Assembly (NCBI GenBank): GCA_037447605.1
Contig: CM074818.1
Coordinates: 1,810,617 to 1,874,616, forward strand
Direction of reading: 5' to 3'
DNA from: Zygnema circumcarinatum SAG 698-1b
Taxonomy: Eukaryota; Plantae; Zygnematophyceae
DNA: 64,000 nucleotides
The notes under the pieces were generated by a model. The model was not told the DNA's origin. It searched no databases and saw only the letters and a program-made list of their open reading frames with translations. Positions 36,074 to 49,055 of the stretch are shown in pieces. The translations under genes and the position numbers were made by a program. The first letter of the stretch is position 1. Each line of letters begins with the position of its first letter.

Positions 36074-37564
36074 ACTGAACCCATTGACTTCGACCAAGGG
36101 CGGGTCCTCCCGCCTGCCTGCCCGCCCGCTGAGAGCGGTGGTGGTGCGGACAAGAAAGCGGCAGTGGAGAGCGGCACTCCGATGATGAAGGCAGCTAACG
36201 CAACAGCCATTGATGGTTTGGTGCGAGCTTTGAAAGGGCGGGGAGCAGCTCAAAGAGGGAGCAGCGGAGATGCTCGTGATGCTTTGGGAATTGTTGGAAA
36301 AGAACCTGCTCGAGATAAAGACTTTTTCAAGAAATAAAGACTTTTTCAAGAATTTCAAGAAGGCCGTAAAGCATCATTGGGGACCAAAAGGAAAGTGGTG
36401 AGGAGACCCAAAACGAGGAAAGGCTGAGTTCGAGCCTGAAGGCATGCAGTCAAACACACTTGATAATGTCACATTCAAGCAGAGCCCCCTCAATAAAATT
36501 ACATCCAGGTAAATTAGCCTTTCAAGTTCCACGCAGACAAAGAGGACCTCAATAAAGTTAAATCCAAACAAAATTGCCCTCAAAAAAGTTGCACTCGGAT
36601 ATAATACCCTCGATGACTGTTTATTCAAACCAAAAGGCCCGCAATAAAGACATACGCAAGGAAAAGGCGCTCAATAAAGACATATCCAGAAAAAGGGTAA
36701 AAAAATAAAGGAAAAGTAAAAACTTAGAAGCACTATAAAAACCTTTCAAAAAAGATGAACGCTTATAGTCGTTTATCCCAACTAATTAAGTAATAACGCA
36801 GAGACGGAGAAGTTGTAGGCTGATGTTACCCTCACAGTTTTGGAGAGGATAAAAAGGGGAGAAGCTGTAGGGGAAACGAGAGGCTTTCAGAGTTGTGAAT
36901 TTTGGCAGTAATCGAAAACCAGTGGCATTGAGGAAATGATCCTTTAAAACAAGAATTTCGGATCATAAGATACACAAATCAAAACAATAGAGAAACTCAT
37001 CAAGCTGCATAGGGTTTTCAGAATCAGACAATTCAAAATCGTCGCAAGGAAATATTCATTGTTTCCTACATTTTGGGAGGGAGGGAGAGGAGGAGAGCGA
37101 AGGGAGCGGGGGGTGGGAGAGAAAGTGGAAGGGGGGGCGAGAGAGGGAGAGGGAGACAAAGGGAGAGGGGGAGGGAGGGAGGGGAGGGAGGGAGGGAGGG
37201 AGGGAGGGAGGGAGGACGTTGAGATGGCGAAGAAAGAGCGAGGGAGACGGAGTGAGAGGTGGGATCAAAGAGAGCCCGGAGCTCTTGCATATTGAGATCA
37301 TACCGAGGTGGAGGTAGAGGGAGAGGGTGAAAGAGAGTGGGAGAGGAGAGAGAGACTGGGAGAGAGGGGGAGAAAGAGAGAGTGGGAGAGTGGGAGAGGG
37401 AGGTGGCCCATGCTTCATTTTCCAATGTTGGCTCGCAACCCTTTGTCTCCTTCTGCTGAAGGTGGGGAGAGGCAGCGTCCAAGTGATCGGTGGACCCAGT
37501 TCCACCCTAAACCCCGACAGGGTGGAATCAGAGGGAGGCAGCCTAAAGGGGTGCACTGGTACAG

Positions 37565-37950
37565 GAGGGGAGGAGTGATCCGCAAGCAAAGGACTTGTCT
37601 ATAGTGTGTGCCTCCTCATCCTACAAAAAGCAAAAGGGCTTCGAGTGATGTCAGCTGAGATGCACTCACTACCCCCAAAACCGTAAAAATCTAAAAGCCT
37701 TCAAACCCTAATTCCGTACAAGCCCTCAACAGCGTTATTTGTGCAACAGATAAACCCTTCAATTCGGCTGATCCTCCCTCTCTCCCTCCCCCTCTCCCTC
37801 CCTCTCTCCCTCCCGGAAAAACCTCATGTGGACGGTTACCAAGCCTGGATAGAATTCTTTTCTGGAATCCCTTTTCAATAGTATTTGAGAACTTTAGATT
37901 CCTGATCTGTTACCAAAGGTTGGCGGCCGCTTACCACTGCAACGAAAGCC
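37565..37950 (-). pseudogene. ZYP1 last intron/exon relic (cassette B), acceptor TTTTTGTAG retained
   Basis: The reverse strand reads gctttttgtag|gat gag gag gca cac act ata gac aag tcc ttt gct tgc gga tca ctc... Confidence 0.7.
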
Positions 37951-38882
37951 GAGTGTTGTGTACCTCCCTCCCTCCCTCTCTCCCTCCCCCCGGTTCGCTA
38001 GTTCCTCCCCTCCATCCCTCTCGCCCCCCCCTCTCTCTCTCTCACTCTCTCTCTCCGCCCCCTTCCACTGCGCCCTCTCGCCCTCCCAACGAACCAATGC
38101 AGAACCTTTGGGGCCATTTTACTCGCTCTGCCTGTTCTGTAGACGCTCGAGCTGCTTTACACGAACGGAAGACTGCCCTCAAATATCTGTCACTAAGTCT
38201 AACCAACCCTAACAAATAAACAACTTAATCCTAACCCTAAACCTAAGTCTAATCTTAACCCTAAATCGGCCCGAAATTAACCCTAAATCGGCCCGGAATT
38301 AACCCTAAATCGGCCCGAAATTAATCCTAAATCTTAACCTTCCCCCTCGCCAAAAAACTCTTACGTGAGCACAAAGTTCTCACCCCCCTCATCTCCTCCA
38401 AACGAGCTGTGTGCTTGGCACACAACCTCTTCTTCTTCTTCAACCAACCTCTGTAACCTCTTCTTTTCTTCACTATACAAACTTAATACCTTGTTTTTCT
38501 CTAAGAACGAACCCTAGTTCGGCTTTGCAAGTTGTGCTCAAACCGCAAATGCCAACAGAGTCCGCTGCCCACTAAAAAATGTATCGCATTTCAACACAGC
38601 GCATGCAGTTGGCGCACTCACAAGGGGCTCCGATGGGGTCATCTCTCTCCCTCGCTCTCACGCTCTCTCTCCCTCTCCCTCTCGGCAGCTTGACATTCCC
38701 ACCACAATTCCCACACATGTGAGAGAGCACCTGCTGTGCAAAAGCCAATCTCAGCCACACCATCCTACGCCACCGCCAACTTTTTTCCACTGTTGGGAAA
38801 ATTATTTGGTGACCTCAACATAAGGCCTTCCCTTTTTGTGACATTTTATTTACATAAGCCAAAGCACGCCTCCGCCTTACTC

Positions 38883-40067
38883 CTACTGTTGCGGCAACCG
38901 CACACTAAACCTCTCCATAAAAGCAGCGTCCGATCTCAAAAACAGTGATCCCAGAGGATACTTATTGTGTCCAATCCCGGCCTTCACAAGCGCCTCATAT
39001 CGCAGCTTCAGCCGATTCTCTAAGGAGAGCGACAAAATGTTGGGGTAAATGATGAGCTCCTCTTTATTACGGCCCATCTCAGTCAATACGAATTCGATCT
39101 TGGACTTGATAGTATCCCAAGAGCTGCTAAGAAGTGTAGGCGCAGCCTTCACCATCTTCAAAGTCGGAAGCTCTCCGAAGTGCTCCACCAGCTGCTTGAA
39201 CGTATTTTCCATTGTCTCCCGTGTTGACAATAGTATCCGCGGGTTACATCGAAGCATTTTCTGAGCGCTCTCGGACCCCAAAATCTTCTCCAATCCAGCC
39301 ACAGCATTCTTGAAGTGATGGCTGCTTCTAAAAACGATGCAGGGGAATAGGCGGAGCAGATTCCTTCCTACCTCGCTGGAGAATGTCGACCTCACAGCCT
39401 CGACTCCCTCCCTTATTGTTTCAGGACTGAAGGCGAGCACTGTTGGATACCTCTCCAACATAGCGCCTGTAACAGGGACGTCTAACTCCTCGAATAGCCG
39501 AGCCTTCGCCTCAAGACTCTGCACACGGCAAGATAAAAGCATAGGCTGTCTGCCTACCACCTTTCCTAAGTTCGTCACTTTCATAGAGCTCCGCAGGAAC
39601 TCGAACACGTCTTCCTGCTTCTCATTTGGAGCGAGGAGGAAGTTGCCCTTCAAGCCAGCAAGCCGTTGTAATGCATTAAAATAATCGTGCGAGTCGATCC
39701 CATGGCTCTGGAAGAGGGCCGCTTTAGGGAGGATGTGCTTATGGCCCCTTATAAGAACATCCTTCTTCTTATGAACGAGGTGGCGGACCTTCTCCTGCGT
39801 GTATCCTAAGCTCAGGAGAGCGTCAACTGCTTCTCGGAGAGCGCTCTTCGACTCCGCAGCTTTTTCTTCGGCCATGGCGGCTCTGCCCACAGTAACTTTG
39901 TCAAGCTTTTCACCCTCCCTGCTGCTGCTATTGCTGCTGTATCCATGGCGGCCTTGCAGGGACAGAGTGCAGGTGAGCTGCTCAAGGGATGGGTAGCGCC
40001 ATGGCAGGCGGAATGGAGCTCCGATCCAGATGGTGCGGCGAAATAAAGGAAGAAAAAAAACCGCCAT
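38883..40067 (-). CDS. mTERF: mTERF-family protein, copy B (intronless, 394 aa)
   Basis: Intact ORF collinear with copy A, with the same repeat motifs. Confidence 0.9.
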   Translation of the reverse strand: MAVFFLPLFRRTIWIGAPFRLPWRYPSLEQLTCTLSLQGRHGYSSNSSSREGEKLDKVTVGRAAMAEEKAAESKSALREAVDALLSLGYTQEKVRHLVHKKKDVLIRGHKHILPKAALFQSHGIDSHDYFNALQRLAGLKGNFLLAPNEKQEDVFEFLRSSMKVTNLGKVVGRQPMLLSCRVQSLEAKARLFEELDVPVTGAMLERYPTVLAFSPETIREGVEAVRSTFSSEVGRNLLRLFPCIVFRSSHHFKNAVAGLEKILGSESAQKMLRCNPRILLSTRETMENTFKQLVEHFGELPTLKMVKAAPTLLSSSWDTIKSKIEFVLTEMGRNKEELIIYPNILSLSLENRLKLRYEALVKAGIGHNKYPLGSLFLRSDAAFMERFSVRLPQQ

Positions 40068-42264
40068 GTCAGCACCCCCTGGTAGACAGTTGCTACCTCA
40101 TCTCTTCGTGGAAAGGCGTCCAGCTCTCAACCCGAACCCTAACCTAACCCTAACCCTGGCCCTAACCCTAACCCTAACCCTAAATCTAACCCTAACCCTA
40201 AATCTAACCCTAACCCTAACCCTAACCATGACTAACCCTTACCCCATCTAACCCTAATCCTAACCCTAATCCCTAACCCTAATGTCGAAAGCCCCTAACC
40301 TGATCATAACCCTACCTGAGCTCCCTCCAGAATTGTGGGGTCGAGTTATCCGCCAAGCCCTCCCCTCCCCATGAAAAATAGCACTGCTCTTATGCAGGCC
40401 CGCCTGGGAGGGCACTCACAGAACTAGAACTGGAACTAGAACTGTCACTGCACCTTAAACTTGAACTGTTCATGGTGACTATAACTGAGACAGAAACAGC
40501 AACTGGAATCGTGAATGTACCTGTAACTGTCACTGCAACTGTTATTGTATCTGTACAGTAATTGTAATTTGAACTCTAACTTTAACTGTAACAGTAACTG
40601 GAAGGTTGGCTTCAACCGTAACTTTAAACCGCCCGCCCCAGGTCTTTCCCGGTACGGCGCAGCGCCCTGGCGGGCGACGCCGGTCGAGCGCCCGGTCACC
40701 TACGGTCACCGCGGTGCCGTGTGCCACGTCGTTGTCACGAGGATGCCACGTCGGTGCCACGTGGGCGCCACGTTGGTGTCACGTCGATTGAACCCATTGA
40801 CTTTGACGAAGGGCGGGTCGTCCTGTCCTTGACTTGCTCGTCCGCCCGCCGCCATACAGCGCGAGCGAGGGAAGGCCCCGCCTGCCTGCCCGCCCGCTGA
40901 GAGCGGTGGTGGTGCGGACAAGAAAGCGGCAGTGGAGAGCGGCACTCCGATTATGAAGGCCGGCAGCGCAACAGCCATTGATGGTTTGGTGCGAGCTTTG
41001 AAAGGGCGGGGAGCAGTTCAAAGGGGGAGCAGCGGAGATGCTCGTGATGCTTTGGAAATTGTTGGAAAAGGACCTGATTGAGATAAAGACTTTTTAAAGA
41101 AGGCCGTAAAGCATCATTGGGGACCAAAAGGAAAGTGGTGAGGAGACCCAAAACGAGGAAAGGCTGAGTTCGAGCCTGAAGGCATGCAGGCGAACACCCT
41201 TGATAATGTCACATCCAAACAGAGGCCCCTCCATAAAATTACATCCAGGTAAATTAGCCTTTCAAGTTCCACGCAGACAAAGCCGGCCTCAATAAAGTTA
41301 CATCCAAACAAAATTGCCCCCAATAAAGTTGCACTCGGATATAGTACCCTCGATGAAGTTGTATTCAAATCAAAAGCCCCGCAATAAAGTCACACATCGG
41401 GGAAATAGTTCTCAATAAAGTCACATTCAGACAAAGGTAAGAAGTCAGGAAAAAATAAAAACTTTGAATCGCTATATAAACCTTTTAAAAAAAGTGACCG
41501 CTTATAGTTGTTTATCCCAACTAATTAAACAATAACGCAGAGATGAAGAAGTTGAAAGCTGATGTTACCCTTACAGGTTTGGAGCGGATAAAAAGGGGAG
41601 AAGCTGTAGGGGAAAGGAGTGGCTCTCAGAGTTGTGAATTTTGGCGGTAATCGAAAACTGCTTGCATTGAGGAAGTGATCCTTTAGGAAAATAGGAAAAT
41701 AGGGGTTTCAGAATCGGACAATTCAAAATCGTCGCCAGGAAAATATTCATTGTTTCCTTCATTTTGGAAGGGAGGGATGGAGAGGAAGAGAGAGAAGGGC
41801 GGGGGGGGGGGGAAGAAAGTGGAAGGGGGGGCGAGGGAGGCAGAGGGAGAGAAAGAGAGAGGGGGAGGGAGAGAGGGAGGACGTTGAGATGGCGAAGGGA
41901 GGGCGAGGGAGACGGATTGAGAAGTGGGATAGAGAGCCCTGAGCTCTTGCAGATTGAGATCATACCGAGGTGGAGGTAGAGAGAGAGGGGGAGAGAGAGT
42001 GGGACTGGGGAGAGAGAGTGGGAGAGGGGGAGAACGAGAGTGGGAGAGTGGGAGAGTGGGAGAGAGAGGGGGGGAGAGAGAGAGGGCGAGAGAGTGGGAG
42101 AGAGAGAGTGGCCCATGCTTCATTTTCCAATGTTGGCTCGCAACCCTTTGTCTCCTTCTGCTGAAGGTGGGGAGAGGCAGCGTCCAAGTGATCGGTGGAA
42201 GCAGTTCCACCCTAAACCCCGACAGGGTGGAATCAGAGGGAGGCAGCCTAAAGGGGTGCACTGG

Positions 42265-42650
42265 TACAGGAGGGGAGGAGTGATCCGCAAGCAAAGGACT
42301 TGTCTATAGTGTGTGCCTTCTCATCCTACAAAAAGCAAAAGGGCTTCGAGTGATGTCAGTTGAGATGCACTCACTACCCCCAAAACCGTAAAAAAATCTA
42401 AAAGCCTTCAAACCCTAATTCCGTATAAGCCCTCAACAGCGTTATTTCTGCAACAGATAAACCCTTCAATTCGGCTGATCCTCCCTCTCTCCCGCTCTCT
42501 CCCCCTCCCGGAAAAACTTCATGCGGACGGTTACCAAACCTAAAGCATAGGATTCTTTTCTGGAATCCCTTTTCAATAGTATTTTGGAACTTTAGATTCC
42601 TGATCGGTTACCAAATGTTGGCGGCCGCTTACCACTGCAACGAAAGCCGA
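42265..42650 (-). pseudogene. ZYP1 last intron/exon relic (cassette C)
   Basis: gagtgatccgcaagcaaaggacttgtctatagtgtgtgccttctcatcctacaaaaagc, the same as the other relics. Confidence 0.7.
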
Positions 42651-43668
42651 GTTTTGTGTACCTCCCTCCCACCCTCCCTCCCTCCCTCCCCCTCCCTCCC
42701 TCCCTCTCTCCCTCCCCCGGCTTCGCTAGTTCCTCCCCTCCATCCCTCTCGCCCCCCCCTCTCTCTCTCTCTCTCCCTCTCTCCGTCCCTTTCCACTGCG
42801 CCCTCTCCCATCTCCTCCGTCGCCCTCCCAAAGTACCAATGCAGAACCTTTGGGGCCATTTTCCTCGCTCTGCCTGTTCTGTAGACGCTCGAGCTGCTTT
42901 ACACGAACTCAAATATCTGTCACTTAGTCGCCTTCTCAGTCTATCTATTTCTCGTTTTCTCCTAAGTTCCACCTGAATTCTTCTCTTCGTTCTCAGTCCC
43001 CTCGTCTCCCGCCTCTCTCTCCCTCTATCCTTCTCTCCCTCTTCCCCTGCTTCGCTCACACTTTCTCGCCCATTCTCTTTCCATCCTTTCTCCTCGCCCT
43101 GAACCTCATTCCCTCTCCTGTTTTCTGCTCACTTTGCCACTCTCTGTTATATCGTACTGTCGCTCTCCCAACCCTCCCTCGACTTTGTCTCTATGTTCAC
43201 CTCATTTTCCTTCCTTGCGCTTACTTTCCCTCTCCCGTTTTTTGCTCGATCTCTCTCTCCCTCTCTCCCCTTCTCCCACCCCCTCTCCGTTTTTCTATCC
43301 CTATATTTGCCTGTCCTCTTCCCTCTTCCTTTCTCCCTGTTTCGTTTTGCATTCTTTTCCACGCCCTCCGCTTCTCGTCCGCCATCTCTTGCTCTCGCTC
43401 GCTCTCTCTCTCTCTCTCTCCCGCTTCGACCTCTCTCTCGGTCTCACTTCCTCCCTTCTCCACCCTCTCTCCGTTTCTCCAAAGCGAACAAAACGAACTT
43501 CAAACGTATCATGCAAGCTGATTGCTTTCAGGGTTTCCGTTGAAACCCAACGAAACTTCAGTTTCAGAAAGCAACAATACCGCCCCTTCTTTTGTGCTCT
43601 CGTGAGCCTCCTTGTGCAAATGTGCACAAGAGATGAAACCACTTGTTTGGCCAAATCACACCCTCGAC

Positions 43669-44904
43669 TTACGTCGGTAGTTGTGGCAACCGAACTTTAA
43701 ACCTCTTCATAAAATCAGCGTTTGCTGGCAAGAACAATAGTCCCAGTGGAAGCTTCTCGTTTCCAATCCCTGCCTTTACGAGCGCCTTATATCGCGGCTT
43801 GAGCCGGTTCTCTAAGGAGAGCTTCAGAATGGACGGATAAGTGAGGATCTCCTCTTTACTACGGCCCATCTCAGTCAATACAAATTCGATCTTGGACTTG
43901 ATCGTATCCCAAGACCTGCTAAGAAGTGAAGGCTGCGCCTGCACCATCTTCAAGGTTGGAAGCTCTCCGAAGTTCTCCACCAGCTGTTTATACATGTTCT
44001 CCATTGTACCCCGGGATACTAACAATACCTGCGGGTTACTTCGAAGCATTTTCTGAGCGCTCTCGGACCCAAAAATCTCCTCCAATCCAGCCACAGCATT
44101 CTTGAAGTGATGGCTCTTCCTTAGAATGATGCAGGGGAATTGGAGGAGCACGGTCCTTCCTACCTCGCTGGAGAAGGTCGACCTCACAGCCTCCACTCCC
44201 TCCCTTATTGTTTCAGGACTGTAGGAGAGAAGCGTTGGATACCTCTCTAACATAGCGCCTGTGACAGGGACGTCTAACTCCTCCCATAGCCGAGCCTTCG
44301 CCTCAAGAGTCTGCACACGGTATGATAAAATCATTGGCATTCTGCCTACCATCTTCCCTACGTTCTCCACCTTCACAAAGGTCCGCAAGAACTCGAACAC
44401 GTCTTCCTGCTTCTCATCGGGAGCGAGGAGGAAGTTGCCGTACACGACGCTGCGTCCTAATGCATTAAAAAAATCGTTGGAGTCGATCCCATGGCGCTGG
44501 AAGAAGGCTGCTTTAGTGAGGATGTGCTTATGGCCTCTTATAAGGACATTCGTCTTCTTATCAACGAGGTGGCGGACCTTCTCCTGCGTGTATCCTAAGC
44601 TCAGGAGAGCGTCGACTGCTTCTCGGAGAGCACTCTTCGACTCCGCAGCTTTTTCTTCCGCCATGGCGGCTCTGCCTGCACTCGCTTTGTCAAGCTTTTC
44701 GCCCTCCCTGCTATTGCTGCTATTGCTGCTGTATCCGTGGCGGCCTTGTAGGGACTGAGTGCAAGTGAGCTGCTCAAGGGATGGGTAGCGCCATGGCAGG
44801 CGGAAGGGAGCTCCGATCCAGACGCTGCGCCGAAAAGAAGAAAGAAAGATAACCGCCATGGCCGACTTCTGAATGTATGCAGGCGTTGCTACTGGGTAAC
44901 GCAC
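43669..44904 (-). CDS. mTERF: mTERF-family protein, copy C (most divergent; real start probably the MAVIF ATG at ~44859)
   Basis: Intact ORF; distinct C-terminus (GNEKLPLGLLFLPANADFMKRFKVRLPQLPT) and unique flanks. Confidence 0.9.
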   Translation of the reverse strand: MRYPVATPAYIQKSAMAVIFLSSFRRSVWIGAPFRLPWRYPSLEQLTCTQSLQGRHGYSSNSSNSREGEKLDKASAGRAAMAEEKAAESKSALREAVDALLSLGYTQEKVRHLVDKKTNVLIRGHKHILTKAAFFQRHGIDSNDFFNALGRSVVYGNFLLAPDEKQEDVFEFLRTFVKVENVGKMVGRMPMILSYRVQTLEAKARLWEELDVPVTGAMLERYPTLLSYSPETIREGVEAVRSTFSSEVGRTVLLQFPCIILRKSHHFKNAVAGLEEIFGSESAQKMLRSNPQVLLVSRGTMENMYKQLVENFGELPTLKMVQAQPSLLSRSWDTIKSKIEFVLTEMGRSKEEILTYPSILKLSLENRLKPRYKALVKAGIGNEKLPLGLLFLPANADFMKRFKVRLPQLPT

Positions 44905-47649
44905 ACCCCCTCACCTCTTGGTTCTTCAAGAAGTCAAAGCTTGCAGCTGCCAACCCTAATTTTAGCCCTAACTGTGAATTCAACTGGAAGCCTGAGCCGG
45001 CCAACCATGTAACCCTAGCCCTAAACTTAACCCTAAACCGGCCCAAACCCAACTAACCAACCCTAACAAATAATTAACTTTATCCTAACCCTAACCCTAA
45101 CTCTAATCATAACCGTAAATCGGCGAAAATTCTAGTTATACTCACAAACTTTAGTCTCTAACCCTGACCTGAACCCTAACTCCCAACTTACAGTAAAACC
45201 CGCCCCTAAACCATTCCCAACCCTAACCCAATCCTACCTAACCCTAACCCAACCCTAAGTTACTTCGCCCTCAAATCTAACCACACCCTGAACTTGCATC
45301 TGGAGTTTACAGACAAACAGAGTTCCAGTTCCAGTTCCAGTTCCAGTTTCAGTTCCAGTTCCAGTTCCAGTTCCAGTTCCAGTTCGAGTTGAGCCACAGT
45401 TCCAGTTCTAGTTCCCTAAAAACAGTTTACCTAGACTCAGTTGCAGTTTGATGGCCAGTTCCAGTTCCAGTTCCAGTTCTAGTTGGACTACGGTTCCAGA
45501 TCCAGTTCTAGTTCTACCTCTACTCCCTAATTCCAGTTCCGGTTACAGTTACAACTGCAGTTACCAGGAACAAGACTGTGCCGTCAACTAGTCCGGCCCG
45601 GCGCAGAGCCGTTCGTACCTGCCAAGTTGGCCTATACCTGGTCGGTGACGTTCGGTATGACCGGTACGAACCCGTACATACCGTTAATTACCGTACGGAG
45701 GCGACACTTTCAGGGCGTCGTCATAATGGACCAGAAATTTTTCTGCTTGCGGTCACCCGACGTACCGCTGGCCAATCCGAGCGGCGAATTTGATCAATGC
45801 ACCAATCAGACGCGGTCATGGCTGACGTGGACATTTCTTTTGTTGTGGAACCTGCCCGTGTTAGCTTCAACTCCGAAAGTACGATACAGCAAAATGTGGA
45901 CCCCGACATGTGGATCCACATTCTGTAGATCCCCGACCGTCGGTCATAAAGTCATTTAAATATTTCGTACGAAATGGTGTACCGTACAAGTATTTGTACA
46001 TCGTTTCGTACGACGGTACCAGGTCTTTGTACCAAACTTCCGGCAAACAAATCTAGAACCAGTATGGCGCCGATGTAATTAGATCCGGTACTGCGCAAAC
46101 AGCCGTCCATTGCGGGCGTAAAATCCAATGCGTGCCCTTTACCTGGACGGTCAGAAATATTTAAAAAAAATTGAGCTGGTGATTTTTTTATTTCAAGAAA
46201 TTATACCTCACGGACGGCTGCGATTGGTCGGTGAGCTTCGGGAATTTTTGGAGCCCTTTGGAGAGGCAAACGTTTTTTAACATAAGATTTATCAATTTTG
46301 GTCTAAAAAAATTTCTGTTTTTTTCGCGTTTCGATCGGAAATTTGAAGGAAGGTCCAGGAAGCCTGCTCGTCCTGAGGGACCGACCGTACGGTCCGTATG
46401 AGATGTACGGCCTGTTGGAAAGTTTTGGAGTGCAAACCTGGGTTTCTGCTTGCAGGGTTGGTTGGTCGGAGCCTTGGAGCCAGGGCGGAGGGAGGAGGGA
46501 GGGAGTGAGCTGAGGGAGCAAGGGAGAGGAGAGGGAGAGGGAGAGAGAAGGAGAGGGAGAGAGGGAGAGAGAGGGGAGCGAGGGGAGGGAGAGAGAAAAA
46601 GGGAGAGGAGGCAGGAAGGAGAAAGAGGGAAAGAGGGAGGGAGAGGGAGGGAGAGGGAGGAGAGGGAGGAAAGAGAGAGGAAAGAGAGAGAGGAGGCAGG
46701 AGGGAGAAAGAGGGAGAGAGGGAGGGAGAGTGAGAGAGAGAGTGAGCAGGAGAGAGGGAGGGAAAGGTCGAGAGGGAGAGAAGTGGGTAGAGGGACAGAG
46801 GGAGGGACTTCAACTTCGAACACAGCTGAAGGTGAACAGACTGCTGCTCATTTTCACTGCTGTTTCTGGGAGAGAAAGGGCCCAGACGAAGCTAAAGAAG
46901 GCTGCTCGATTATACTTTTCACCGTATTTATGTATTTTTCCGCTTTTGAGAATCAGTGAATAGTTGAAACTGCAATAGTAATGGTTCTTTTCATGGCTGC
47001 CATGAGCTGGCCTATGAGTTTTGAATCGTTTCCTGCTTCATGGTCATTTCCGGAAACATCTGATAATATCATATTGTCGAATCCATGTCATTGAAGCTCC
47101 TGGAGACATTCAAATGGTGTGAATTTGTGAAACATAGCCTGCTGCGGAGCTGAAAATGCTCATACAACGTACCAAGCTGCCTAAAATCAGCAATGTAGTG
47201 TCGTCTCTCTCTCTCTCTTGCACGATCTCTCTATCTATCTCTCTCGCTATCTTTCTTTCCCCTTCTCTCCCTTTCCCTCACTCAATCTTCTTCCTCTCGT
47301 TGTCTCTCGTCTCCATGTGCTCACTCTCCTGAAGCAAGTTGCTGCGGGAATGCAAACATATGTCGATAGCTTGGCTGCGAATATGGTTGCCACTCGCTGA
47401 GCAGATTATTGTCCTCTGTGTTTTTCTCTCCCACTTGCATTCCCTCTCCGTGTTTTCATTTTACATCCTTGTTCCCACCTCGTTGAACAGCGCTTCAGAT
47501 TTGAGATTGATTTAGATTGGATGTGCTTATGTTTCCTTTCATAGAATTGCCTCTGCTCTTTTCACACAGTGAATGATGTCGTGTGTTGTGGCAGGGAGCT
47601 ACTTCCAACCTTTATTTAACGACTGATATCCGCGACAGGTTCCTGTAAG

Positions 47650-49055
47650 GTGCCAATACAATTTACTATTAGAAAGCGTCAGCATTTTGACGAAGGTGGG
47701 GGGAAAGTTATCGAAATGAAGGTAGATGTGCCTCAGGAGAGAGGACTGGAGAGGGAGAATGGGAGGGAAGGGAAAAGTGAGGGGGTTTACTGCGGCAGAG
47801 TAGAGGCGGCTGTGGAGGAGAGGAGCAGAGAGATAGAAGTGGGAGGCATGCAGAAGAGTGTGGGATTTGAACGAGGGTGGGCGTGTGCAAGTGTAGTAGA
47901 TCACTCTCATTGTTCAGTTGATTGTGAGAAAGGGGGACATGTTGAAATAGCCGAAAGAGCAGAAAAAGGAGATGCCTTAGACTTGCATGACTTGGAGCTC
48001 CTGATCAATACAACGCATGAGAAGTCGACACAGGGAGTCTCTGACATCGCCGAGAAGGATGGAGAGGGAGAGTTGGAGGGAGAGGAGCTAGACTGGGTTG
48101 TAGAGGATGCCAATACAGACAGCGATGGAGAGGAGAGTGGTGACCAGGATGAAGAAGAGTGGGAGGTAGAAGAGATTGAGAGAATAGAGTTTGCAGAAGA
48201 GACTGAAGAGGAGTGGGAGGTAGAGGATTTTCAAGAGCCAGAAGAGGAGAATATTGGGACCCCTGTGGAGCCCACCAGTGACATGAGGAGGAGACGGCTT
48301 TCAAAATATGAGATAAAATGTCCTCCCGGAGGGGAGGAGGGAGTGGTAGTGTACACCACCTCCCTCGGAGGTATTCGCAAAACGTTTGCAGATTGCAACA
48401 ATGTGCGGCAAATAATGGAGGTAAGTTTCATTTGTGAATTGTATGCTATTTTGTTAGATTACTGCAATTTTGTTTTTGCTTCGTCCTGCTACTCTGCCTC
48501 ATATTCTTATCAAGATAAAGATTGGCAGCGTGCAATGAAGAAAGCCGAAGCCATTTACATGCTTTCCTGATGAAGCAGAAGAACTAAGGCCTCTCATTTC
48601 CTGAACGGTTTCTTCTATGGCACTGCGCATTGAACCCTAAAAAGATCCTCTAGGAAACCCCGAAACTTTGATTTTGATTGCAGGGCTTCCGACTGCAATT
48701 TGACGAAAGGGATATCTCTATGCACTCTCAGTTTCGAACGGAACTGTCTACTCTCATGGGCGGCCCTTCTAAAGTTCCGCAACTTTTCATTCGCGGCTAT
48801 CATATTGGAGGAGTTGATGAAGTGGTGCGTCTCAGCGAGGAGTCGGAGCTTGACGTGTTGCTGGAAGGCATTCCGAGAGTGATTGGAACTCGAAAGACAT
48901 GTGATGCATGTGGAGGACTCAAATTTATACCCTGCCCGGAATGTTCGGGCAGCCATAAAGTAGTTTATGATGACGGCACGAAGGAACGTTGCCCCGACTG
49001 TAATGAGTACGGACTTGCCCTCTGCCCTCTCTGTACTACCTGCATTGGAGGTTGA
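47650..49055 (+). CDS. Plant glutaredoxin-like domain protein with an acidic N-terminal region and a Cys-rich C-terminal tail
   Basis: VVVYTTSLGGIRKTFADCNNVRQIME / GFRLQFDERDISMH...VPQLFIRGYHIGG...CDACGGLKFIPCPECSGSHK...CPDCNEYGLALCPLC; intron 48421-48682 is GT-AG. The 5' end is unresolved (first in-frame ATG at 47716). Confidence 0.85.

Noticed and set aside
35665-36185. GT/VT-repeat ORFs (ice-binding or adhesin-like appearance)
   Set aside because: They derive from the (ACTGGA/ACTGTA)n array, whose orientation and length vary between copies; no conserved frame.
36405-36445. GAGTTCGAGCC T-loop-like motif in the cassettes (tRNA or Pol III gene)
   Set aside because: The T-stem pairs poorly, and no D-arm, anticodon arm or acceptor stem can be built.
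36460-36700. CRISPR-like reading of the ~30-bp repeats
   Set aside because: The repeats are degenerate along the whole unit, the context is eukaryotic and there are no cas genes; this is a minisatellite.
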